From positions 1 through 52,934 of the forward strand of contig JAFCDH010000001.1 of assembly GCA_017609795.1 (NCBI GenBank): 52,934 nt of DNA. Reading direction: 5' to 3'. Origin of the DNA: Candidatus Pacearchaeota archaeon (lineage in GTDB: Archaea > Nanobdellota > Nanobdellia > Pacearchaeales > GW2011-AR1). The notes under the pieces are model-generated. The model had not been told where the DNA came from and did no database searches. It saw only the letters and a list, made by a program, of their open reading frames with translations. A program made the translations under genes and the position numbers. Below, one piece after another: positions 8,195-16,366 of this stretch. Position 1 is the first letter of the stretch. Each line of letters starts with the position of its first letter.

Positions 8195-8378
8195 TCCTTG
8201 TTTAGTGTGTCAAAAGAAAGAAGCAGTTGATAGTGGAATGTGTGAGGATTGTTATGATAAAGCTTGTGATTATGCTGAACAAAAATATTATGAAGATGAA
8301 GAAGAAAAGAGATTAAAAAAAGTAAAGATTAGAAAAACAATAAACAAAAGTTCCCAAAAACAGAGGAAAATGAAATGA
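8187..8378 (+). CDS. Cys-rich small protein
   Basis: CLVCQK..CEDC..C; ends SQKQRKMK. Confidence 0.5.
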   Translation: MDNPCLVCQKKEAVDSGMCEDCYDKACDYAEQKYYEDEEEKRLKKVKIRKTINKSSQKQRKMK

Positions 8379-8422
8379 CAATTAAAAACAAAGAACAAAT
8401 ACAAGGGAGGAAAAAAGATTAA

Positions 8423-9019
8423 ATGAAAAAGATATTAACAAAACAAGAAAGAGAAGATGCAATGGGTGATTTATTAGGAATAGCTTTTATTATATTTTTA
8501 ATAGTTATTGGAATAATGTTTTCTATGGGAATAGTTTCTGCAACTAATGGAACTGGAACAATTAATTTGAGTGAATCTAATATTACTTTAAATCCAAATT
8601 TATTGAAGGTTTCTGGTAATTTTTCAATCTTTGGAAATTTGAATGTTTCAGGTAGGTTGTATTTAGGGGAATTAATTGAAGGAAATTTTACAATAAAATC
8701 TATAACTATTGGAACAGAAAGAAACGCATCTGGGTTTTTAGAAGATGCAATCCAAATGACAAGTTATGAAGGAGATTTTTATAAACATCCTGAATTAAAT
8801 TTAACAAGTGAAGTTACTTATGCGAGTTTTATAGCTTCTGAAAGATTTTTGAATGAAAGTGAGTGTGTTAAGCTTTATGTAGTAGGAACAAGAGTAGAAT
8901 TAGTTGAATTAGAAAAAAAGTGGTGGCAATTTTGGAAAAATAAAGATAAATTAGTATTTAATCCAATAGTTGCTTATGTTTGTGAACAAAAAGTTAATGA
9001 AGTAAGGTATTATCCATAA
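8423..9019 (+). CDS. membrane-anchored secreted glycoprotein-like protein
   Basis: GGGAGG RBS; TM/signal anchor; many NxS/T sequons (NGT, NLS, NIT, NFS, NVS). Confidence 0.6.
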   Translation: MKKILTKQEREDAMGDLLGIAFIIFLIVIGIMFSMGIVSATNGTGTINLSESNITLNPNLLKVSGNFSIFGNLNVSGRLYLGELIEGNFTIKSITIGTERNASGFLEDAIQMTSYEGDFYKHPELNLTSEVTYASFIASERFLNESECVKLYVVGTRVELVELEKKWWQFWKNKDKLVFNPIVAYVCEQKVNEVRYYP

Positions 9020-9026
9020 AATCAAA

Positions 9027-9197
9027 ATGAGCAAAAAACAAATAGATGAATTGGATATGGATGTTGGATTCTTATTTGGGATTTTAATGTTAGGATTTTA
9101 TTTAATATTTTTAGATAAATTAATTTCATTTGGTTTAGCATTAGCATTGGGGTTATGGGGAGTTTTAATTAAATTAAGGAAATTAAACCTAAAATAG
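9027..9197 (+). CDS. two-TM small membrane ORF (56 aa)
   Basis: Hand-translated, frame verified. Confidence 0.4.
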   Translation: MSKKQIDELDMDVGFLFGILMLGFYLIFLDKLISFGLALALGLWGVLIKLRKLNLK

Positions 9198-9207
9198 GAG
9201 AGAATAA

Positions 9208-9384
9208 ATGAAAACACCAACAACACAAGAAATAATTGAAGTAGCAGAATGTTTAAAAGCTGGTTTCAAGGCACAAGATTTCCAATTAGGAATTGGAAAG
9301 GTTACTGAAAGATTATTTAAAAATAAATTAAATAAGATTATTAGGATGTTGAAATGTCCTATGAGAAAAATAGATATTAAATAA
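9208..9384 (+). CDS. small ORF (58 aa)
   Basis: Hand-translated; GGAGAG RBS; preferred over antisense track ORF 9189..9401. Confidence 0.4.
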   Translation: MKTPTTQEIIEVAECLKAGFKAQDFQLGIGKVTERLFKNKLNKIIRMLKCPMRKIDIK

Positions 9385-9401
9385 ATAATGGAAAAAGACA
9401 A

Positions 9402-9542
9402 ATGAATAAAAAAGAATATAATAAAAAGTTATTTGAATTAAAAAAACAATGTGGATTTTGGGGAAGAGGATATGTCCATTATGCTAAATTTCAAAAAGGA
9501 TTAGATAAATTAAATAAAGAGTTAGAGGAAAAGGACAAATGA
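9402..9542 (+). CDS. small ORF (46 aa)
   Basis: Hand-translated; ATGA coupling to the next ORF. Confidence 0.35.
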   Translation: MNKKEYNKKLFELKKQCGFWGRGYVHYAKFQKGLDKLNKELEEKDK

Positions 9543-9673
9543 CAACCAAAGAAGAAGCAGATAAAAGAAGAAAGGAGAAATCAAATAATGGGAACTCTGC
9601 AGGGATTGGGGTTTTATGTTATGGTTTAATAATGTTAATTTTTATAAATTTAAATATTATGTCACTAAAATGA
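9539..9673 (+). CDS. small tail-anchored ORF (44 aa)
   Basis: Hand-translated; C-terminal hydrophobic segment. Confidence 0.3.
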   Translation: MTTKEEADKRRKEKSNNGNSAGIGVLCYGLIMLIFINLNIMSLK

Positions 9674-9762
9674 AACAAAAATTTTCAACTAAATGGGTAG
9701 GAAGTAAACAACCAAGAAAACAAAGAAAATACAGAGCTAATGCTCAATCTTTGGAACGATAA
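9670..9762 (+). CDS. 30-aa ORF carrying the N-terminal signature of archaeal ribosomal protein uL24
   Basis: MKQKFSTKWVGSKQPRKQRKYRANAQSLER; SKQPRKQRK matches the uL24 N-terminus; truncated after about 30 aa. Confidence 0.35.
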   Translation: MKQKFSTKWVGSKQPRKQRKYRANAQSLER

Positions 9763-9763
9763 G

Positions 9764-9877
9764 ATGATAAAAATAATACTTGCTTTTATATTAGGATTTG
9801 GAGTGGGAGTTTGGTTTCAGTATTTAAATGTTTTATTTTGGAGGAATAAAGCTAAAAGAGATTCAATTAAATCTTAG
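9764..9877 (+). CDS. small TM ORF (37 aa)
   Basis: Hand-translated; stop lies in the TCTTAGAATGAA motif. Confidence 0.3.
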   Translation: MIKIILAFILGFGVGVWFQYLNVLFWRNKAKRDSIKS

Positions 9878-9909
9878 AATGAAATTAATAAATACTATGG
9901 AGGTTAAAA

Positions 9910-10092
9910 ATGAAGATAAAAACACACTTATATGATATTGAGATTAAACCAAAAGGTTTTTTTGAAAAAGGAGTAGATGAAAAAGAAACTATAGGTTTTG
10001 GGAGCAAGATTGTTAAATTGCTTTTGGATAAGTTTACAATGGACAAAATTAAAATAGAATATTCAGATGAAGAAAAAGATGCTACCTTATGA
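9910..10092 (+). CDS. hypothetical protein
   Basis: Track ORF; GGAGGT RBS. Confidence 0.5.
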   Translation: MKIKTHLYDIEIKPKGFFEKGVDEKETIGFGSKIVKLLLDKFTMDKIKIEYSDEEKDATL

Positions 10093-10339
10093 AGAGAAGA
10101 TACTAAAAGATATTTATGCTGACGAGCAGTTAGATATATTTGGTATTTTTAAAGAAAGAAGAATTAAGGAACAAAAAAGAAAAGAGTTAAAATCAATTAG
10201 AATTTTTGAAGAGAGAAAAAGAAGAAAGAACATTTTATTTTATAAAATTATTTGTAAGAAATTAATTGATATTTATGGTAAAGAAGGAGCAATTCCTTAT
10301 TTAAAGGTTTTATTCAAAGAAAATAAGGGAGAAAATTAA
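10067..10339 (+). CDS. hypothetical basic protein
   Basis: Track ORF; alternative ATG at 10079. Confidence 0.5.
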   Translation: MKKKMLPYEEKILKDIYADEQLDIFGIFKERRIKEQKRKELKSIRIFEERKRRKNILFYKIICKKLIDIYGKEGAIPYLKVLFKENKGEN

Positions 10340-10360
10340 ATCATCAGAGGAAGAGAATAA

Positions 10361-10519
10361 ATGAAAATTAAATTAAGAGGAAAAGTTTGGAAGCAAATTA
10401 CTTTAAAAGAATTTAAAGATTTAGAATTAAATAATGGAGAGATTGCTTTATTTGAAGATACTTGGGGTGAGAAAACTTATTTTAAATTAATTTCACAAAA
10501 AGAGGGGAAGAAAATATGA
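10361..10519 (+). CDS. small ORF (52 aa)
   Basis: Hand-translated, frame verified. Confidence 0.4.
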   Translation: MKIKLRGKVWKQITLKEFKDLELNNGEIALFEDTWGEKTYFKLISQKEGKKI

Positions 10520-10864
10520 TAAGTAAGAAAACAATAGAGAAATTTAGAGAAAAGAATTGTTATTGTGCTGAATGTAATGAGCAGGAATTGAAGGAATGAA
10601 AGAGAAGTTAGTAGAAGCAGGTTTAGATTTAAGTCCAATTGCTTTTATGATTATAGATTGTAATTCAGGAATAGGAAAGTTACTTGAAGAAGAAGCTAAA
10701 AGAAGAGTAAATGAAATCAAAGGAGAATAACAACAAATGACAGATAAAGAATTTATACAAAGCTGGTTGAAGTTTAAGAATGAATGTGTGGAAAATAAAA
10801 TATTTGAGGTAATGGAAATAATTAGGTTGTTTGAGATATGGCTTAATCAATCTTAGAATGAAAA

Positions 10865-10990
10865 ATGAAATGTTATAACTGCAAAAAAGAAATAGAAGAT
10901 TGGGCTTTTGATAATAAAGATTCTGATGGTAATGAGTATTGTATGGATTGTCAATCTAAAATTGTAGCGTTTATGGAGGAAGAAGATTAA
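10865..10990 (+). CDS. zinc-ribbon ORF (41 aa)
   Basis: MKCYNCKK...YCMDCQSK. Confidence 0.4.
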   Translation: MKCYNCKKEIEDWAFDNKDSDGNEYCMDCQSKIVAFMEEED

Positions 10991-11011
10991 ATCTTAGAAT
11001 GAATAGTTAAA

Positions 11012-11602
11012 ATGGAACAATATTTAGCAACACCCTTTGAAATGAAGAAGATGAAAGAAAGAGGAGCTGAAGAAGTTTTTGCTAATTGTATTTCTACTGA
11101 ACATTTTTTTAATCCAATGGTTGATGATTTAGATAAAATAAGTGATTTTATTAAGGATTGTAAAACAATAATTGATGTTGGTTCTGGCTATGGTTTATTA
11201 ATAACAAAGTTAGCTAAGATAAATAATGATAAGAAGTTCTTAGGAATAGATACTGTTTATTGGGATGGTAATATTTTTCCAGTTCCTAAGGGATTAAAAA
11301 ATCTGAAATTTGAGTTTAATGGAATTGAAGCTATGGCTTATTCAGATAAATTTAACCAAAAGGTTCGAAATTTTGATTGTGTTATATGTTCTTGGATGCC
11401 AGAGGGTTCTGATTGGAGAGAAATGTTAAGTATCTTATCAATTAAGAAGATTATTTTAGTTCTCTCAAAAGATTTTAATACTGGAACAATAGAAACTTAT
11501 TGTGGTTTTGAAAAGTTAGGATTTAAATTAAAAGGAAGAGCTTTTACAAGTTCAGACTCCATAATTCAATTATGGGAGAGAACCATTTGTTCTTTCGAAT
11601 GA
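11012..11602 (+). CDS. class I SAM-dependent methyltransferase-like protein
   Basis: IIDVGSGYGLL glycine-rich motif I followed by LGIDT acidic strand. Confidence 0.6.
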   Translation: MEQYLATPFEMKKMKERGAEEVFANCISTEHFFNPMVDDLDKISDFIKDCKTIIDVGSGYGLLITKLAKINNDKKFLGIDTVYWDGNIFPVPKGLKNLKFEFNGIEAMAYSDKFNQKVRNFDCVICSWMPEGSDWREMLSILSIKKIILVLSKDFNTGTIETYCGFEKLGFKLKGRAFTSSDSIIQLWERTICSFE

Positions 11603-11612
11603 GAGAAATAAT

Positions 11613-11816
11613 ATGGGAGCTGATGAAATATACGAGATTGTAACAGAAATTAGTGATGAGTTTGAAAATACTCTTACTATTAATGAAGGGCAAGATGAAC
11701 ATAGTACTTGGAGAGATTTGGAAATAAATAATGAAGATAAGCAAACCTTTTTTAGATTAAATAAAAATAGAGCAAAAAGATTAATCAAGGAATTAAAGGG
11801 GTTGTTTAATCTCTAA
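11613..11816 (+). CDS. hypothetical acidic protein
   Basis: Track ORF. Confidence 0.45.
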   Translation: MGADEIYEIVTEISDEFENTLTINEGQDEHSTWRDLEINNEDKQTFFRLNKNRAKRLIKELKGLFNL

Positions 11817-11829
11817 ATTGAAATAAAAA

Positions 11830-12033
11830 ATGAAAAATTGTGAATATAACCAAATATGCAAATTTTATAGTAATAATTGTGATAATGAAAAATATCAATT
11901 AACTTGTTGGATTCATACAACTTTAGAGGGAATTTTAAATAGAGAAGTTTTTAAATCAAGAATAAATAAAAGAATTCATAGAGAAGAACATGGACATAAA
12001 AGACACGAGACAATAAATTTATCAAATTTTTAA
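11830..12033 (+). CDS. Cys/His-rich small protein
   Basis: Track ORF; CEYNQICKFYSNNC..C..H. Confidence 0.45.
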   Translation: MKNCEYNQICKFYSNNCDNEKYQLTCWIHTTLEGILNREVFKSRINKRIHREEHGHKRHETINLSNF

Positions 12034-12044
12034 GGATTTTCTTC

Positions 12045-12077
12045 AACCAATATTGCATTAGGAATTATTGGTTTTTC
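12045..12077. terminator. bidirectional hairpin between convergent gene blocks
   Basis: AACCAATA(12045-12052)/TATTGGTT(12066-12073) perfect 8-bp stem followed by a T-run. Confidence 0.5.
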
Positions 12078-12080
12078 ATT

Positions 12081-14948
12081 TTAATTTGGAGTTAATCCTC
12101 CTTCTAATGCTTTTATTCTTGCTGTTAAATCATCAATATCTTGTTTTTGTTCCTGAATTACTGATGTTAAAATAGTTAAATATTCATTTCTTGAAAGTTC
12201 AACCGTTTCTAATTCATCTGTAATTTCAGTATAATCAATTACATTTACACATAAAGTATCATTTACTAATTTTCCATTAACCATTTCTGTTAAAACTTCA
12301 CACTCTTTTTTATAATGAATAATTGTTTTATTTGTTGTTAGTTGTGGAAATATTTTTACTAAATCTTCTGCAATTATTCCAATTTCATTAGTTCTACTTT
12401 CATCTATTCTATCATATATTCTTGGTTCTATATCATAAAATCCTTTAGTATCATCAGAAGTAATATCCCTAATATTTTCTTTATATCTTTCTGATGATGT
12501 TTCATAAACTAATCTCCCATCTGATTGTATTCTTAAATTTCTTCCAACTGAGGTATTAGCATCATTATAAACTAAGGGCATATAAACCCCACCATCTTCA
12601 TCTATCTTAACACCTAATGTTGCTGCCTGACCACCATTAGGAACAGTATAAAATTCCATTTTCATTCCAAAACCTTTATCAAAATCAGAAATATAATAAT
12701 GGTTTTCAGTAGCCATTACTTTAATTGCAGAATAAGTAGCATAACCTATCCCAGAAGTCCACGCTCTAAAATAAAATCTTCCAACATTATCTCCTGATAA
12801 TAAATGAGAAGGAGATTCAAGTGTTCCTCTGCTTCTTTTTGTGTTCCATATTGGTGAAGCAGTAGTGTCCCGAGCATCAGTTATAATATATTGATGAGCA
12901 TTTAAAGAGTGAGTGATATGGTCAGCATCTGTTGTTAAAACCATGCCTCCTGTTCTTGTAATATCCCCTGTTCCTGCAATATCTCCAATTACTGCAACAG
13001 GCTTATTTATAATAATAGAAGGACTTCCTGTATCTATTGTGGTAATTCCAGCATCACTTACTGAAAAACTTATAAATTTTGTAGCATCATAACCAATTTT
13101 AAATTGTGGTTCTGTTGTAGAAAGAATTGTTGTAGCTCCTGCTCTTATATTTCTTGTTACATTTAAATTAGTAAAATTCCCCCAATCAACATTAGTAATA
13201 TTATTTCCACCTAAATCTAAATTTCCATTCCAAGTTAATTCTCCAATATATGCAGTTCCTGTTACAGTCAAGGTTGTAAAATTCCCATAAGTTGAATTGA
13301 TATTTGATGCAAAAACACCTCCACCAATATTTGCATCATCACCAACAATTAAATTATTTTGAACATCTAAATTTGCCTTAGCATTGCTTCCTCCTTGTTC
13401 ATTTCTTATTTTAAGTGTTCTTGCATTATCAGTATAAAATTCAATTTCTGCATCACCACTTACAAAGAACCATTCAGGAGAGTTTATCCATTCGATTACA
13501 GTATCTCCTCCATCAATAGCAATTCTATTGTCATTATCACCAAAAGCCCCAATTTTTGCTGTACCATCACCTATTAAAATATTAGATGATACTCCCATAT
13601 CAACATCATTATCAAACACAACACCATGCCCTTCTTCATTCTCTGCTATGTGGTCTACATAAAGATTTGTTGCATTTGTTAAATTATATACTCCAAGATT
13701 TAAATTTCCTGCCATATTTCTTGAACCATCAGCTAATAAATATTGTGGATGGTCATCATCTGAAAGTCCTGCTAAATCTCCATGGTCTGTAACAATATTA
13801 AAACTTTCTTCACTTATTCCAGGTCTTACATCTTGCCAAACAGCATTACTAAAATCAGTATCTCCTTGTTGATAAACTACTGTTGTTAATTTTGGAGTTT
13901 GTGCTAAGCCTTCAGGAATAGGAGATAATGCTCCTGCTTCTGCTTGTGCTTTTGTATTGTAATAAGTAGTTGGATAAACCCAACCTAATTGATGATGTGC
14001 ATAAATAAAATATGCTTTTGTCCATTTATTTGCAGGAATATTATCTAAATCATTTCCATCATCATATTGTATTGTATCTATTTCTGCATTAGAATCATTA
14101 GTCCAATCTCCTCCTGAATGAAATAATCTTATTAAAGGGAGTGTTCTTGAATTTATTGCTGTTGGATTTCTTTCTTCAATTCCATCTTTAATTAATTTTC
14201 CAGCATCCATTGAAACATCAAGGGAGTTTGTAGCATCTGTATCTTCACTAACACTCATTCCATTTATTATTCTATTTGGAAAAGCAATTCTTAATCCTCT
14301 ACGAGTATCTGACATTGAAGCATCAATTAAACTCATTTCCCTATATCCTGCAATATTTCCATCCCAATTTGAAAATTTTGCAATTAATATTTCATCACCT
14401 GAACTTGAACTTGTTTGCAATTCTAAAGTAGAAGTTCCTGTATATTTGAGATAATTAACTTGGTCACTTACTAAAGTTCCTGAACCCGCATCTGTTTTAA
14501 CAAAATCTTCAATTGAAAAATCATAAACTTCTCCTGCTGTCCATTCAACATCTAATCCTCCTGTAAGTGAAACTGTAATTGTTTCGGATACTCCACGATT
14601 AATTATATGATTAAAAGTATCTTTGATTGAATGTCCATCATGGTCTATTATGTGAGTTGAGTTTAATTGAACTCCTTTAACCTGAAAACCTGTTGCATTA
14701 ATATAATTTGCTGAAAAATTGTAAATTCCAATACCTATATCTTGATTTGAGTTAGAACCATTTATTGAAAGATAATTAGAAAACATCGAAGTAATACCAT
14801 CTAAAATGTATGTAACACTTTGATTACCCCAATAAATTCCTGTTGTTTTATTTAATTGGTCTGTTGGATGAAATTGTATATTTGAAGAAGCTAAAGTTAA
14901 TGGAATTATCAATAAGATTAATGCAAACATTAGATATTTTTTTATCAT
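12081..14948 (-). CDS. fibre/spike protein with C-terminal peptidase-S74 intramolecular chaperone domain
   Basis: Signal peptide; G/N/T-rich beta-helix-like repeats; TSSERYKENIRDI...IGIIAEDL then coiled coil at the C-terminus. Confidence 0.8.
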   Translation of the reverse strand: MIKKYLMFALILLIIPLTLASSNIQFHPTDQLNKTTGIYWGNQSVTYILDGITSMFSNYLSINGSNSNQDIGIGIYNFSANYINATGFQVKGVQLNSTHIIDHDGHSIKDTFNHIINRGVSETITVSLTGGLDVEWTAGEVYDFSIEDFVKTDAGSGTLVSDQVNYLKYTGTSTLELQTSSSSGDEILIAKFSNWDGNIAGYREMSLIDASMSDTRRGLRIAFPNRIINGMSVSEDTDATNSLDVSMDAGKLIKDGIEERNPTAINSRTLPLIRLFHSGGDWTNDSNAEIDTIQYDDGNDLDNIPANKWTKAYFIYAHHQLGWVYPTTYYNTKAQAEAGALSPIPEGLAQTPKLTTVVYQQGDTDFSNAVWQDVRPGISEESFNIVTDHGDLAGLSDDDHPQYLLADGSRNMAGNLNLGVYNLTNATNLYVDHIAENEEGHGVVFDNDVDMGVSSNILIGDGTAKIGAFGDNDNRIAIDGGDTVIEWINSPEWFFVSGDAEIEFYTDNARTLKIRNEQGGSNAKANLDVQNNLIVGDDANIGGGVFASNINSTYGNFTTLTVTGTAYIGELTWNGNLDLGGNNITNVDWGNFTNLNVTRNIRAGATTILSTTEPQFKIGYDATKFISFSVSDAGITTIDTGSPSIIINKPVAVIGDIAGTGDITRTGGMVLTTDADHITHSLNAHQYIITDARDTTASPIWNTKRSRGTLESPSHLLSGDNVGRFYFRAWTSGIGYATYSAIKVMATENHYYISDFDKGFGMKMEFYTVPNGGQAATLGVKIDEDGGVYMPLVYNDANTSVGRNLRIQSDGRLVYETSSERYKENIRDITSDDTKGFYDIEPRIYDRIDESRTNEIGIIAEDLVKIFPQLTTNKTIIHYKKECEVLTEMVNGKLVNDTLCVNVIDYTEITDELETVELSRNEYLTILTSVIQEQKQDIDDLTARIKALEGGLTPN

Positions 14949-15211
14949 TTTCTTTTTCTTTTGTGTTTTTTTACATTGAATTTCTTTCCTTTCTTGCTTC
15001 TCTTTGTGTATTTCCTAACTTTAACTCTGCCAAAGATATGCCCCGCAAAACGGGGGTGGGTTTTTTTTACTCTCCTTACGCGAGTTAAATCTCCGGGAGC
15101 CCTTGTTAATTTCCGTCCTGTAAGTTGTCCTGTCTTAGAATCTCTTGTTGCAATAGTTCTTCCTGTTTTTTCAATTTTGATAAATTCCTTAGTAACTCTT
15201 TTTACCATCAT
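14945..15211 (-). CDS. very basic small protein (possible nucleic-acid binding)
   Basis: Track ORF; K/R-rich, ends KKHKRKRK; overlaps neighbours by 4 nt. Confidence 0.55.
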   Translation of the reverse strand: MMVKRVTKEFIKIEKTGRTIATRDSKTGQLTGRKLTRAPGDLTRVRRVKKTHPRFAGHIFGRVKVRKYTKRSKKGKKFNVKKHKRKRK

Positions 15212-15432
15212 GATTTTATGACAAGCATTCTTTCCTGCTTATCCATTAAATTTAATTTAGATTTTACATCATCTTGAATAAGTAAGATTCCTTTATATAT
15301 ATTTGGTTTGAAAAAAGTTCTTTCTATACCAACCTTAACTATCCCTTCATCTCCAAATTTTTGATAAATTCCTTGCGGTAGCTTAATTGATGCTTTGTCT
15401 TTAAATATTCTTACTACTATTCTAATTCTCAT
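15208..15432 (-). CDS. hypothetical protein (weak AbrB/SpoVT-like feel)
   Basis: Track ORF; IKLPQGIYQKFG segment. Confidence 0.45.
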   Translation of the reverse strand: MRIRIVVRIFKDKASIKLPQGIYQKFGDEGIVKVGIERTFFKPNIYKGILLIQDDVKSKLNLMDKQERMLVIKS

Positions 15433-16112
15433 CTTAATTTAATTTTTTGAAGTTCTTTACATTCTCCAAGATGTTTAGTATATTCATCATAATTTCTAAA
15501 TGTCTCTCTACAATATTCACATTTTCTTTTTCTTCTTCTCCAAAGTATTATAAAGAAGAAAACCCCGATTAATAAAAGTATTGGTGGAGCAATTTTTTTC
15601 ATAATTTCTTCAATTTCAACTTCTTCATCTTCTATAATTTCTTCTGGTTCTGTTGGTTCTCCACCTATTGTTGTTCTTGTTACACTCCCGCAGCAAAGTT
15701 TATAAGAATAATGGCTATAGTTTCCTAAATGGCTATTATTTAATTTATTTAATGAAGCAATATGATAATCTCTTGGACAAACACCTGAAGTAATAGTGCA
15801 TTGAACACTTGCACAAAGGTTGTAATCATAAAACTTTTCCACACTCGCCACATGACTATCATTAATTTTATATTGGCTTAAAACAAAAGATTGATTACCT
15901 GTGCAATTTCCTGTGGTTAAATTTATTGTAATAATTTTTGGATAACAAATTGATTGATTAAAGTAACCTGGCTGGGCAATATGAGAATTTTCGGTTTGGT
16001 ACAAACTAAACATTTCAGTTTCTCCTGCTTCACATCCGTTTTCTCTTGTTATAGCACTTATCGTCGGTATTAATACCAAACTCATTAAAAAAATTATATA
16101 TAACATTTTCAT
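15429..16112 (-). CDS. type I membrane protein with triple NxSH repeats and cytoplasmic C2HC zinc finger
   Basis: Signal peptide; ENSHIA / NDSHVA / NNSHLG repeats; TM; tail CEYCRETFRNYDEYTKHLGEC. Confidence 0.65.
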   Translation of the reverse strand: MKMLYIIFLMSLVLIPTISAITRENGCEAGETEMFSLYQTENSHIAQPGYFNQSICYPKIITINLTTGNCTGNQSFVLSQYKINDSHVASVEKFYDYNLCASVQCTITSGVCPRDYHIASLNKLNNSHLGNYSHYSYKLCCGSVTRTTIGGEPTEPEEIIEDEEVEIEEIMKKIAPPILLLIGVFFFIILWRRRKRKCEYCRETFRNYDEYTKHLGECKELQKIKLR

Positions 16113-16366
16113 TATCTTAAAACTCTCCTTTTTATTGGTTTCTTCTTCATCATAATTTTATTTAAAAGAACTTCTCTATATCTAAAATAAACTACTACAA
16201 TAATTATTAAGATTAATAAACCAGCAATTAAAGGATGGTTAGGACTTATTTTTTCACCTATTGAAATTATAAAATCTTTTCCTTGAGTTGTTATTTCTTC
16301 AAATGTCAAAGGATATATTGAATAGATGATTGCTGCTATCACCATCAAAAGTATTAAATCTATCAT
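16112..16366 (-). CDS. two-TM small membrane protein
   Basis: Track ORF, hydrophobic. Confidence 0.55.
   Translation of the reverse strand: MIDLILLMVIAAIIYSIYPLTFEEITTQGKDFIISIGEKISPNHPLIAGLLILIIIVVVYFRYREVLLNKIMMKKKPIKRRVLR

Noticed and set aside
10596-10856. Additional mini-ORFs between 10516 and 10856
   Set aside because: On position-by-position checking, one hand translation hit an earlier stop (10596..10688, 30 aa). The boundaries are too uncertain to list as features, although the region is probably coding like its surroundings.
15041-15068. Terminator-like hairpin CCCCG-CAAAA-CGGGG plus T8 on the + strand
   Set aside because: It lies inside the - strand basic-protein ORF (encoding KKTHPRFAGH) and is oriented against the operon. 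It is probably a by-product of a locally GC-rich coding patch. An antisense-terminator role is unproven.
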